From NCBI GenBank assembly GCA_002269645.1, contig NIVC01003815.1, positions 1 to 41,164 on the forward strand: DNA of 41,164 bases, given 5' to 3'. The notes under the pieces were generated by a model that saw only the letters and a list, made by a program, of their open reading frames with translations, ran no database searches and was not told the DNA's origin. The stretch comes from Macrostomum lignano (lineage: Eukaryota). Shown piece after piece: positions 1-15,063 of the stretch. Position numbers and translations under genes: made by a program. The stretch's first letter is position 1. Each line of letters starts with the position of its first letter.

Positions 1-2840
1 GACACCACGATCAGTTGAAATCGAAGACGCACTCGTCCCGAGTTCAGCTGTGAAGAGTTCGAGTTGCCGACTACCGACGACCCTGATGTACAACGGCTGC
101 TGTGGAGTTCAAAGACTTGTTCAAGAAAAAGTCGGGACTAACTCATCTGCAACAGCACCGAATTGTTCTCTCGGATGAAGTACCTGTCGAGTGCCACCGC
201 GCCGAATGCCTGTGCATTACCGGGAGAAGGTAGAGCAGCTGATTCAGGAACTGCTGGAGAACGACGTGATAGAGCTGAGCGAAAGTCCGTACGTGGCCCA
301 CCGGTGTACGTGACAAAGAAGGATGGCAGTCTCCGCCTGACCATAAACTATCGAGAGATCAACAAGAAGACTATTCGCTCTGCACAGGGAATTCCGTTGA
401 TGGAGGAGGCAAGAGATCGAATCGCAGGCAGTTCAGTGTTCTCTGTGTTGGATCTCAATGGCGGCTATTTTCAAATTCCGATGGCAGAAGAAGACAAGCT
501 AAAAACTGCTTTCTGTCCGGGACCAGGGATGCCGCTGTACCAATTTAAGAGAATGCCCCAAGGTCTGTCGGGGGGCCCAAGCACATTCTGCATGCTAATG
601 TCAAAAGTTTTCAACGGCTGCGATTTCATCTTCACGTTCTTCGATGACAGCCTGTGCTTCTCAAAGACCAAGTCGGATCATCTGCGGCAACTTCGAGAGA
701 CCTTCGAGCGACTTCGAGCAGCCGGACTGACATTAAGAGGCTCCAAGTGCAAGATCGCGGTACCCGAAGTGACCTTTCTCGGCACACGGTATTCAAAGGA
801 TGGTGCCCAGCCCAGCCAGGAGAAGCTGGAGGCAATTCAGCAGTGGAGAGAGCCGAGGTCAGCCAAGGAGGTGCGTCAGTTCATCGGCCTGTGCAACCAA
901 TACCGACGCCATGTAGCCAACTTCGCTGCCATCGCCGCACCGCTGCACCATCTGACTGGCAAGGGCGTTCCATTTGACTGGACTTCGGAATGCCAGACGG
1001 CCTTCGACGAGCTCAAAAGGTGCCTAATTAGTCCTCCGATCCTGGTGAACCCGGATTTCACTAAGGAGTTCTCAGTCTTCACGGATGCCAGTGGCAGCGG
1101 AGTCGGTGCAATTCTCAAGCAAGGCGAGGCGGTGATCGAGTTCTCAAGCCGCGCATTCAATTCAGCTGAGAAGAAATACTCTGCAACAGAAAAGGAGTGC
1201 CTGGCCATCCTGCACGCATTCAAAGTTTTTCGCCACTATCTTCTCGGCAAGCATTTCACGGTGCACACGGATCACTGCCCGCTCACCTACATCGATTCAC
1301 AGAGAGTTGACAGCTACGGCAGGCTAGGACGATGGCGTCTGCTGCTTCAAGAGTTCGACTTCACCGTCAAGTACCGAAGAGGCGTTGAGAACTCAGATGC
1401 TGACGCGCTGTCCAGACTGCACGGCCAAGAAGTCGCAGCTACGCAGCTGACTCCGGAAATCGACACTGAAGAGCTCAAAACTGCGCAGCGACATGACCCG
1501 GAGCTCAGCCAGGTGATTCAGGCGATGGACAAGGACGCAGAAATTGCACCCAGATGGCGAGCAGGACCACTGCAGCAACTCGGCAGAATCTGGAAGAAGC
1601 TGAAGCTGGATGATGACGGTGTTCTACTGCGCAAGTTCAATGACCCGGACGGCCTGCAGGAGGTTCCAGTGGTGCCAGCGCGGCTTCGACAACAGTTTTT
1701 GAACAACGCTCACGAAGGTCTGGGAGGTCATTTCGGAGCCGAGAAATGCTACCGCACACTGAAACTGACCGCCTACTGGCCCGGCATGGCTGAAGACATC
1801 GTGCAACACTGCCAGAGTTGTTCTGTCTGTCAGGAGAAGAAAGCGGGCTCGCGGACCAGCGCGCCACTCGGAGAACTGCCAATCGGCTCGCCGTGGGATT
1901 CTGTGGCTATCGACATCGTCAAGGTGGCGCCATCATCGCGCGGCAACAAATACCTGCTGGTGGCTCAGGATCAGTTTTCCAAGTACCTGACGGCCGTGGC
2001 GATTCCTGACCAGACTGCTGAGACTACTGCTCGCGCCTTCCTCTCCATCTGCTCCCAGACTGGACTTCCCCGAGTCATCCACTCCGATCAAGGACCGAAT
2101 TTCGAGTCTCAGCTTTTTCAAGACACTCTGCGAGGCCTGGGAGTCACGAAGACAAGAACAACGGCTTACAATCCCAAAGGCAACGGATTAGCGGAGTCGG
2201 GCAACAAGTCAGTGCTGCAGTTACTCAGGTGTTTCACCGAGCGAGAGAGCGAGTGGAGGACAAGCTGCCACTGATCCTGCTGTCCTACAATTCCCGGGTG
2301 CACTGCTCAACACAGCTGCCGCCACTGAAGGTGTTCACCGGGCGCGATCCGAGCCTGCCGGTCATCAGCCAGCAGTCCAGGCGATTCTATGACGTGCGCA
2401 CCTACGCCGACAAGCTCGAGGGCGACCTGCTGCGAATTCGAGAGTTTGTCGAGGAGCATCTGGTGCAGGCGGCTGGCGAGCAAAAGAGCGGCTACGACAG
2501 GTCGACCGGGCAGCTGCGCATGTTCAGTCCTGGAGACGAGGTCCTGCTGCGCATCGAGCTGAGGGGCTCCAAGCTGGCGCCTTACTGGGAGCCGGGCTGG
2601 CAGGTGCTGTCGCAGCGGAATCTGGTAGTCGAAATCCAAAAGATCGAGAACGGCCGGACCCGCAGGGTGAATGTGAATCGTCTGCGGCCGCGGATCCTGC
2701 CAGTCCCTGACGGAGAGCGCTTCCTGCAGCCGCCCTTTGCGCACGCGGCGCACGGCGGCGATGAGGCGGACGAGGAGCCGCCCCCGAGACGCTACCCGGT
2801 GCGTAGGCGGATGCCGGTGGATCGCTATGTGGCCGGTTGA
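1..2840 (+). mobile_element. pol: Ty3/gypsy LTR retrotransposon pol (RT-RNase H-integrase), 5' part outside the window
   Basis: RT motifs (LDLNGGYFQI, RMPQGL, FFDD), RNase H (TDASGSGVGAIL, TEKECLAI, TDHCPL), integrase H2C2 (H-EGLGGH...CQSC) and D,D(35)E (AIDIV, HSDQG, GLAES), in gypsy domain order. The frame is restored by adding one base near 195, 298 and 2255; ORF 2229-2840 is the integrase C-terminus. Confidence 0.97.
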
Positions 2841-2995
2841 ATTTTTGATTGACTCAGTGACTGCTCGACTGACTGTTGCGAATTATTTGAAAGCGAGAAA
2901 TTCTTTATAACAATATTGTTCGAATGTTTTACTGTTCTTATGTTTCCTTCGAATTATTCGTTCGAATGTTATTGATCTTTTTCGCCGGATAGGAT

Positions 2996-3211
2996 TGTAG
3001 TGAGTTGCAAGTGTACTTGTATGCGCCAGTCGCTAGAGCGGGGTGGGGGTTGCTATTGTACAGCATGTACGTGCTTTTCACCCACCCCTGTCTCTATCTT
3101 TTATACCCAGTTATGTAACAATCGTTGTATCGTATTTAACCTGCGTATCGATCTAATAAACGCCAAGAGGCTTCGTCAACTCTCAGTTGTATCTCTCTGC
3201 CTTAGTCTACA
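2996..3211 (+). repeat. Probable 3' LTR (~216 bp) of the gypsy element
   Basis: Begins TGTAG and ends CTACA (5-bp inverted termini), follows a short purine-rich tract (ggatagga, 2987-2994), contains AATAAA near 3155, and lies 155 bp after the pol stop. The 5' LTR is not in the window, so it cannot be confirmed. Confidence 0.65.
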
Positions 3212-3442
3212 GCTTAAAATGTTGCGAGTACACCGAGATATACATGTACCCGTATGTGCGTGACATTTCAAGCTCAGGCAGAACTAAAACGCACCGTGAC
3301 AGTTTAAATTAGCAAATCATAAACTGGTCTGCGAGACCAAAGATCTTTTACGAAAATTGGACCTGCTCAAAATACTGTGGGGTGGAAAGTGAAATTCCCT
3401 TCCTGTTTAAGTCATGTTTGGAACTTTTTTATAGTGCTCCCG

Positions 3443-3807
3443 AATGGAGCCTGAAACATTGGGTCCCGATTACCTTACGTTAATCTCTTCATCAATCATA
3501 GAGTCAAACGACCTCTGAATTAGGACCTCTGTGGGGAGAAATGGCTGTAAGAGAGTTTAGCACCTTTGACCACGCTATCAATGTTCAAAAGTGATGTTTG
3601 CCACCCCTCCGTCTCGAAACGTATCTCGATCTCGAATCTCGAAATATCTTCATCAAGGTGGGAATGGAAATTCCACCGAGTTCACATCGAAATTCCAATT
3701 TATATTATTTCTCCCCATAGAGATCCCCAGGTTTCGGCATACCGATAACTTTTGGCTCCAATGAAGAGACTGGCGTATAGTAGGGACCGAATGATTCGGG
3801 CTCCATT
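3443..3807. mobile_element. Foldback/MITE-like element with ~100 bp imperfect inverted arms
   Basis: Left arm 3443-3542 (aatggagcctgaaacattgggtccc...tctcttcat...ctctgtggggagaaat) matches the reverse complement of 3707-3807 (aatggagcccgaatcattcggtccc...tctcttcat...ctctatggggagaaat). Confidence 0.6.
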
Positions 3808-4885
3808 TTGACTTTTAATCTCACATCTCCTTTTCCCCTAGCTAAGCTCGAATACTCCTTTTGCGTACGAGATTCAATTTTACGAGATGCAGACATTAAG
3901 TTAATCAAGCTGAAGTCAGCAGTGAATTGCGGCACAGTGCAGGTTGGGAAACACTCTTGTGCCAGTATAGGAGATGGAGTCAGATAAAGCATGACAACTG
4001 TTGACATTATTTTAATGCTGAAGCACTAGCAAAGCTGAACTGCATGTGACTAACTGGCTCTGAGCGAACCATAAACATCATCAAGTCTGCTTAATTCTGC
4101 ATCCCGTGCAGCCTACCAGATGCTTCACGCCTCTGCATCGCCACTCATGCCAATTACGAGTATAGAGAGTGAACACGATGTTTGAGAGATGACGAACTGG
4201 CGGAAAGCCGATCACTCGCGCGGATTATGTGTATTTTATTTTTCAGACGGATGGTAGTAAAGTAAATTTAATTGTCAATTAAGCAGCCGGGGTAACGAAA
4301 CCAAGTGTGTCGACTTTGGATTTGAGTGCAGGTAGAACTCTGCTTTAAATTATCAACGTGTTGGTTACATGATCAGCAGTCGAACTCCAATCAAAGACCT
4401 CCTTCAAAACCAAACAATTAATTTAACATATTAAATATAACGACTTTCGACTACGTTAATACATGCAGTAAAACAAACTGTTGCTGATCTAACCTAATAA
4501 AAATCACATAAAAACAATTAATATCAGTACAATGCAAAGTAACTATTTTTAATGAATAAATAAACAAAGGAAAACGGACAGGAAAAGACAGGCACTAAGT
4601 TAGACATGGACTGCGTGGGCGTGGATCTTCTGCCAAAAAATAGTGATAATAAAATCGGATACGACATGCTGCTTTAAATAATATATATGCAGTCTTTTTT
4701 GATTAAAAAACAAATTAGTTAGTCAATTAAGATAGTCAATCAGTACATAAATAACCTAAATAGTAGTAAAACACGCTCACGTTTGGTTTTTTGTTTGCAG
4801 CACGTACACATACATGTATGGTCAGACGGGAATTGTGAATGCCACAAACACCTTCAATTCTCGCTAAAAACCCATGCAGTCTCTT

Positions 4886-6076
4886 TCACTTGCTGGGGAA
4901 AAAGTAGAACTTCTTGCGCAGATGGTTGGTAGGGCTGGGCATCTGGCATGCCTGGTTCTTGTTCTTCTTGTTCTCGCCGCGGAACGCCTTACTAACGAGC
5001 AAGTTCACCTGCACCATCATGTCGGCCACGTGCTCGGAGTGAAAGTTTCTCGAGAAGATTTGCACGATGGCTTGGATAAACCAACTGCCTTGCTTGGTGT
5101 TGCGCCAGCTGATGAACCCGGGCAAGGTGGAGTGGGCGATGAGCAGGTCCGCGTAGTCTGGCGGGAGCCTGTTCTCCATTTTTTGGGCATCTCCATAGTT
5201 GAGCCGTTGGAGATGATCCACGAGGTCGAAGTTTTCGTCACCCTCAACCACTGGACCGTCGCTGACCTCCTGACCGACCATGGGATGCTGGGTGTCTTTG
5301 TCAGTTCTGTCGAGTTCGATTCGACAGGCCTGCCAGGGTGTTTCACACATGAATGGCGGAAGTAAAATATAAAATAGAGAAGTACTGTGTCTTATAGGAA
5401 TTATATTCAGCTAGGCAAGCCTTGAAATTTCAAAACCGTGAAATGCATAGAGGCTTTGGCTGTTTTAAAGTACAGTTTGTCCTACATGTATATTTACCTG
5501 AATGATGACAAACTTCGGTTTTCCGGTTAGCTTGCAATCTGAATGGTTAAACAGCGAAAGGATGTCCTTGTACTCGTCCACAGGCTTGCTGTCTCTGCCC
5601 AGTATTTTGCCATTTGTGCCGTGCGACAGAACCGCCAAGACGCATGAGGTGTACTGTTCGTGCTCCGGATTGAGAATGAAGCTCCTGCATGCTTCCTTCA
5701 TTTCCTCGGCAGTTTGGTTGTTGACAATCTCCACTTTGTACAGAAGTTTGTTGAACAGATTGCTCAAATTATCACGGTCAACATCCGTTCCGGTTCTGTC
5801 GTCGAGTTTACCATCAAAACTTTTATTGTTAATGATAAGACAGAGACCTCTAGGATTGCCACGAGTATCGTAGGCCGTTTCAAAACGGTCAGCTTCATGT
5901 TTCTCCAGAATTCTCGCCTCAAAATTGTCGAAGTTTATACCGACTGGAAGAAGTCCGTCTGTCTCTTCCACTTTGTCGATCTCGGGAAAGTTATTCTCTA
6001 GATCATCGTCAAGGACAACAGGTGAAACCTCAGGCTGCTCGAGAGTCTCTGGTAAATTTTGCTCTCTAGTGCTCAT
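4886..6076 (-). CDS. Caspase (peptidase C14A), short prodomain, effector-like, ~340 aa; exons 6076-5498 and 5329-4886
   Basis: p20 motifs RGLCLIINN, DRTGTDVD, LSHG (catalytic His) and KPKFVIIQ. The GT-AG intron 5497-5330 joins Q to ACRI (catalytic Cys). p10 motifs ADLLIAHST.PGFISWRN...GSWFIQ and QMP...LRKKFYF. The start is taken as the first in-frame ATG (6076); an upstream exon is not excluded. Confidence 0.93.
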
Positions 6077-7585
6077 GCTTGCTTTGAGTTGCGGCAGATT
6101 TCGAGCAGAGAGTCTCACAGAAACTTTGCTTGCTAGTCGCTTTGGACGGGGACGAGCTACCAAAACCCATATATATATATACCGGGACGAGACACTACTG
6201 AGTTAAAATGCGCATCAAACTGAACTTCCATTTTCTTCTCCTAAGAAAGAGTGCTCCTGCCCCCCCACTCCAACACAAGCGTACACAATGAAGCAATGTG
6301 TCTTGAAAATGTAACTAACCCCCCGACCGCGGATCAGTGTACGAAAAGAAAAGAGCGGTCACAAAACTTGCGAACTCTTACCAGTATAACTAGCATTATT
6401 TTTAGTTTTGTTATAGTCAGGACTACTACGAGAGATCTACGTGAGGACCTTACGTACGTTAAGAATTTTAAAATGAAAATGAGCTCAGTTTTACAGGTAA
6501 TAAATCATATAGCTATAGCTAAAACAGAAAATAAAGTATCTCTAACTAGTTTTAAGCATTACTGCTAAGATCATGCACTTTCAATGCAAAATCACTGACA
6601 ATGGAAAGGTGCCCGAATACATGGTATATATGCACGTGCATTTTCCAAAGATTTAGTATGTTAGGTTCGCAGACATTTAACATTGACAAACAATTGACAA
6701 TAGCTACGAGTTGTAAACAACGATAAATGCTTTTGCAATAGTAAAAGCAATATTCAGGTATTACGAGCTTAATTGTAGTTTCATAGCTACTTGAAAACAA
6801 CAACTGATGCAAGAGTGATGTTGAAGCTATAGGTCATTGAAAACATCTAGGATATACATAGACTGTTATATGGTAGTAAATCATGCAGAGACCATTGTTT
6901 TTTATCATTCAAATTGGTAATTTAAGCCAGGAGTCGCCACATGCGGTCGGCAAAGCCTCTCTATCCGGCCCTCTCTTCTCTTTAATCTCCCTTCTGGTCT
7001 TTTCTCCTCTCCTCTCCTCTCTCTCTTCTATTTAATTTAATCTCTTCTCTCGTCTTGTCTCCTCTCTTCTACTTTATTGCCTCGACTCTCTGTTTCCTAT
7101 CTCTCTTATCAATTCCCTATTCTTTTTCCCCACTGGCCCACAGCCATCCACGAGACAAACTATACAACTATCTCAAGAGTTAATTTAAAATCAGAGTGAT
7201 GCTGGTACGTACGTCCTATTCAAACAAGTCTCAGACAGACTTGCCAGGAATGCAGGAGTGCACCTGCTAACGCTGCAGGTAACCCTACTAGCAATGTCAG
7301 ACGTGCACTCGGGCATTTTGTCAACTGCCTGATGAGTCCACTACTAAGCCCGGAGTCAAAAGATTGATATTTTCTCTGATTTTATAAGATGCCAACTGCT
7401 GTTTGCTCTGAATTATCAACGTAACTGACGAAAGCAATAGATCGGGAGTTGATTGCCTAAAGTCAGGGGCCAACAAACTCCAGTCCGGCCTTATCTTCCA
7501 TTCATCTGTCACCTGGACCTCGGCCATGAGCTAGATTCTTTATCTGGCCCTTGAGGTTAAAAAAGTTTGTCGACCTTTGCCTGCT

Positions 7586-11025
<3,440 letters not shown>

Positions 11026-11764
11026 TTTTTGAAGTTTAGCTTTAGCTGAAATAGTTTTTAAAATGCATTACTTTCTACCAATTTTTATGTCGTCTGAATC
11101 ATACTACTAAATGTAGAAAGTAGTAAAAAAGCGAACAGAACCAGCATTTTATCATTTTTTGAGAAAAATAGCTCAAAGTAGATTCGAAGAGACGGTCAAT
11201 GTTAATATATTTGTTTATTATTTCATTAGTGAGGCGACATAGCTCGTACAAACGTCGTTGATATTGAAACGGAAAGTCAAAAATAAATTTTAATTCATTT
11301 AAATAAGCGATTTCGTAAAACAGAACGCATTATTTATCACATACGATGATTGACTTACAGTGCAGATTCAAGTTATCAAGTTATAATTCAAATGACTTTA
11401 CGAATCGACACTGAATACAAATGAATATTTCAACTATCTGTGCTGTTTGATACAAAACAAATCAATGCAATTCGGCTAAATGCTAAATATAGATGTACAT
11501 TAAGCGTTAGAAGTTGAGGCGCGGATTCCTGGACACAAAGTATGGCTTTTATTACAAATCGTTAAAGCCTACAAAAACTGACTGACAGGAAAAAGGAGAT
11601 AGTCTGACAGGCGATTTAGCCAATGCTGACACTAATGCACAACTAAAGTACAGGTGCAGGTGGAGAGGATAGACATGTACATGTAGACAGACATATTAAC
11701 AAAACAGAAATCCAGAAGCAAAGAGACAAAATAGACTAATAAACAAACCGAAAAACACATGACA

Positions 11765-11922
11765 GATAAACATACAGATAGACAGACAGACAGACAGGCA
11801 CTAAGAGAGACAGACACTAAGGCAGGCAGACAAACAGACAGACACTAAGAGAGGCAGACACTAAGACAGACATACAACTAAGACAGGCAGACAGACAGAC
11901 AAACAGACAGACAGATAGACAA

Positions 11923-11953
<31 letters not shown>

Positions 11954-12012
11954 CACAGACACACAAAAAGACACACAGACACACACAGACAGACAGACAG
12001 ACAGACAGACAC

Positions 12013-12071
<59 letters not shown>

Positions 12072-12232
12072 CACAGAAAGACACACAGACAGAAACACAG
12101 ACAGACACAGACACACAGACAGACACACAGACAGACACACAGACAGACACACAAAAAGACACACAGACAGAAACACAGACAGACACAGACACACAGACAG
12201 ACACACAGACAGACACAGACAGACAGACACAT
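11765..12232 (+). repeat. Compound (GACA)n/(CA)n microsatellite
   Basis: Long cagacagaca/cacacaga run between the exonuclease stop and the NDUFAF7 start. Confidence 0.97.
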
Positions 12233-12302
12233 ACATTCTACCCAGTCCCTGTGCTCAGTAGCAGTCAGCCAATCAGCAGGATGCTACCATCACTCTCCGC
12301 TC

Positions 12303-13886
12303 CTACCGCTTAGCTAAAGACTCGTAGATGAGCAGCGACGCGATGGCGTCCAGAGCGGCGTACCGCCGCCTCTCCGCAGTCAAGGGCACCGCGGCCCAAT
12401 CGCAGCAGCGAATACTTCGATCCTTGTCCAATCGACTGTCAAGCAAGTGCTGAACCAGACCATTCAAGCTCCACTGAGTTGACAGTTTTAACCGCTGCTT
12501 AGCGAGACTATTGAGCTCTACCCAACCGGAAGGCTTCAACAGCAATTCGGAGGAAATTTGTTCGGGAAAATCGCGGCAAAGTTTCTTTAAATCGCCCTGG
12601 ATGCACAGACCAACCTTGACTAGGCGCGGATGGGTCAGTAGGCTATTCAAAGTCGGTGTTGGCTGGGTCAGTGCGCCGCCACGAGCAAAGTGAATTAACA
12701 CTGCACAGGGTGGCTCAATAGCGGGACACAGCTGCAGCAGGGCGGTACGCGAAAAGCGTCCATCCTGGGTCAGACTAAAGAACGTAGTTCTGGACACAGA
12801 AGTTTCACCCGTGTCTTGAGACTTTTCTTTAAAACTAGGGTCCGAATTGAGACCGTCTCCTTGGCCTCGACTTTGAGAAAGGGAAATATTTGGTTCCTTC
12901 TGGCATTTGTCATGAGACCTGACTTGCTGACCTTGACTCTGGTCTATTCCATGAGACACGACTTGTTGACCTTGACTCTGGTCTATTCCATGAGACACGA
13001 CTTGTTGACCTTGGCTCTGGTCTACAGTGACGTGAGACACGCATTGTTGACCTTGACTCTGGTCTATTCCATGAGACACGACTTGTTGACCTTGACTCTG
13101 GTCTGTTCCATGAGACGCGACTTGTTGACCTTGACTCTGGTCTACAGTGACGTGAGACACGCCTTGTTGACCTTGACTCTGGTCTATTCCATGAGACACG
13201 ACTTGTTGACCTTGACTCTGGTCTGTTCCATGAGACGCGACTTGTTGACCTTGACTCTGGTCTGTTCCATGAGACGCGACATGATGACCTTGACTCTGGT
13301 CTATTCCATGAGACACGACTTGTTGACCTTGACTCTGGTCTGCTTCATGAGACGCGACTTGTTGACCTTGACTCTGGTCTATTCCATGAGACACGACTTG
13401 TTGACCTTGACTCTGGTCTAATCCGTGAGACACGCTTTGTTGAACTTGACTTTGACCTTGATTTGGACCGGAAATCTGCCCTCGACCCTGATCGGAGTTA
13501 AAGACGGGCCATTCAATATCGAATCCGCAAGCCACGGCAGGCCCAGTGGGATCACTATCTAACTGCGACAACACCCGGCCGCACCAGACGTCCAGCTGAC
13601 GCGGCCTATCGATATACACTATCGGCCTATCCGGTGCAAGCAGCGGCAACCTTTGCTCCATGAAATCATCAAACTGCAGGCAGCGGTAGCGCTTAGCGGT
13701 AACGTGACCCGGTTCAACGTCGCTTCGGTCGTCGGTCATCCAAGCTGGAAGCTTTCTGACACGCTGACCTGCTGGCTGTTGCTGGTGCAGCGCCTGCGGC
13801 GACTGCTGACGGTCAGAAGAGCTGGCCTGAAACGTACCGAAAAAACTGAATTCACAAATATCCTTCACCAGCTTCTTTTTAAACAT
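12303..13886 (-). CDS. WRN: Stand-alone Werner-type 3'-5' exonuclease (DEDDy, WRNexo-like) with N-terminal Ku-binding-like motif and internal repeat expansion
   Basis: ExoI GFDIEW, ALLQLC, ExoII IQGDLKKL.RDF, WSLNGLVQHLL, KDRSIRC..W...PLT and ExoIII YAALDA closely follow the WRN exonuclease domain. RKLPAWM lies near the N-terminus. The stop follows the exo domain with no helicase. The 5' end is uncertain (possible acceptor tttcag near 13827). Confidence 0.88.
   Translation of the reverse strand: MFKKKLVKDICEFSFFGTFQASSSDRQQSPQALHQQQPAGQRVRKLPAWMTDDRSDVEPGHVTAKRYRCLQFDDFMEQRLPLLAPDRPIVYIDRPRQLDVWCGRVLSQLDSDPTGPAVACGFDIEWPVFNSDQGRGQISGPNQGQSQVQQSVSHGLDQSQGQQVVSHGIDQSQGQQVASHEADQSQGQQVVSHGIDQSQGHHVASHGTDQSQGQQVASHGTDQSQGQQVVSHGIDQSQGQQGVSHVTVDQSQGQQVASHGTDQSQGQQVVSHGIDQSQGQQCVSHVTVDQSQGQQVVSHGIDQSQGQQVVSHGIDQSQGQQVRSHDKCQKEPNISLSQSRGQGDGLNSDPSFKEKSQDTGETSVSRTTFFSLTQDGRFSRTALLQLCPAIEPPCAVLIHFARGGALTQPTPTLNSLLTHPRLVKVGLCIQGDLKKLCRDFPEQISSELLLKPSGWVELNSLAKQRLKLSTQWSLNGLVQHLLDSRLDKDRSIRCCDWAAVPLTAERRRYAALDAIASLLIYESLAKR
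12915..13445 (-). repeat. 39-bp (occasionally 42-bp) coding-frame minisatellite, (QSQGQQVVSHGID)x~13
   Basis: Tandem units visible in the DNA and in the 527-aa ORF; all unit lengths are multiples of 3. Confidence 0.95.
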
Positions 13887-14594
13887 TAACCTTCTTTTAA
13901 AATCTAACAGCTAAAAATTGCCGAATCTAGCTTCATCAGCGTCTGCTGTTGTTTGCAAAATTCAGTTCGTCAACGTTGACAACTTCTATTTTGTGTAGCT
14001 CACAGCGCATCACCTGCAGCTGAGCGAGTTAGCGGAAGTGACTGCAAGACCCATGTGTGATTAAGTCGAACATTAACTATTAGCTAAACTACAAGCTCTA
14101 AACGAAATAAAAATAACTTGAATTCTGTCATCAGATATTTCTTTTGCCAACAAAAAAGACAATTTCAGAGCTTCTTTGTGAAGCAAAAACAAATTTCCAT
14201 TTTAAGCAAGTATTTGAAAAGATAAAATTCAAATGTTGCAGCTATAAATATTCATATTTATTATCAATCCATAGCTTTACACCGCATGTTAAGACAAGTG
14301 ACAACGCAAAAAAATATAATTTGGTTAATAAAGACACGAAAAACTCAACTGAGATGCAGCCACAGACATTGCTTCTTTCAACAAGCATAAAAAGCAAAAG
14401 AGGGCAGATTTTTCGAAATGGGTAGTTTCTTTCGGATTACCCGAAAGGCCATGAAGAGGCCTCATTAAAGTACAATAAATCTTCCTCGCAAGTTTTACTG
14501 TTTTTAATTGCATTTAACACTACTGACGATGTTTATTAAGTAGTGTAAGCGGCGTTTTGAAATAAAAACTTGTGATGCTTTATTCGACAAGGCA

Positions 14595-14660
14595 GGCACC
14601 AAACCAATTTTAGGGTCAGTGAGGGACCTGGGTTCGAATCCCACACAAACTGATGCAGAG
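14595..14660 (+). mobile_element. Possible degenerate tRNA-derived SINE head
   Basis: B-box-like gggttcgaatccc at ~14630-14642; no convincing A box or cloverleaf. Confidence 0.3.
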
Positions 14661-15063
14661 ACAGACAAAAAGTATAGTCTTTGCATAACTTTAAAAAATC
14701 TGAATTGATCTTTTTAATGAATAAAAAATCTGCATCAAATTCTGGACTATTTTTGCGGCAGCAAAACATCTGAAAGAAATATTTGCCGATATGTATCGAA
14801 AAAACGTTTATAGTCAACTTTTTTGCAGCAGCATTTTTTAGATTTAATTTAAATTCGTTTTGAAACCATCATTATTAAGTTAAACTACTTAACCCGTTAC
14901 TGAAATATCGTCGATATGTATCGATAATAACTTTATAAACTGAATTTATATATAGAAAGAAGCAAGTTGCATTTTACAAACCTATCGAGCTATAGTAACG
15001 CATATACCAACCCGATAAGATTACTAATAGTACAATAAATGGATGTCCCATATTCAATAATAA

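Noticed and set aside
2841-3263. env-like or extra ORF after pol (87-aa ORF 3000-3263)
   Set aside because: It overlaps the LTR, has no ATG start or recognisable motif, and the gap after pol is too short for env.
4874-5365. 163-aa plus-strand ORF (also 7750-8172, 12816-13421, 35679-36128, 2307-2753)
   Set aside because: Antisense shadows of real GC-rich coding exons with no independent motifs.
11632-12236. ORFs rich in SVCL/CLCV
   Set aside because: These are translations of the (GACA)n microsatellite with no coding signal.
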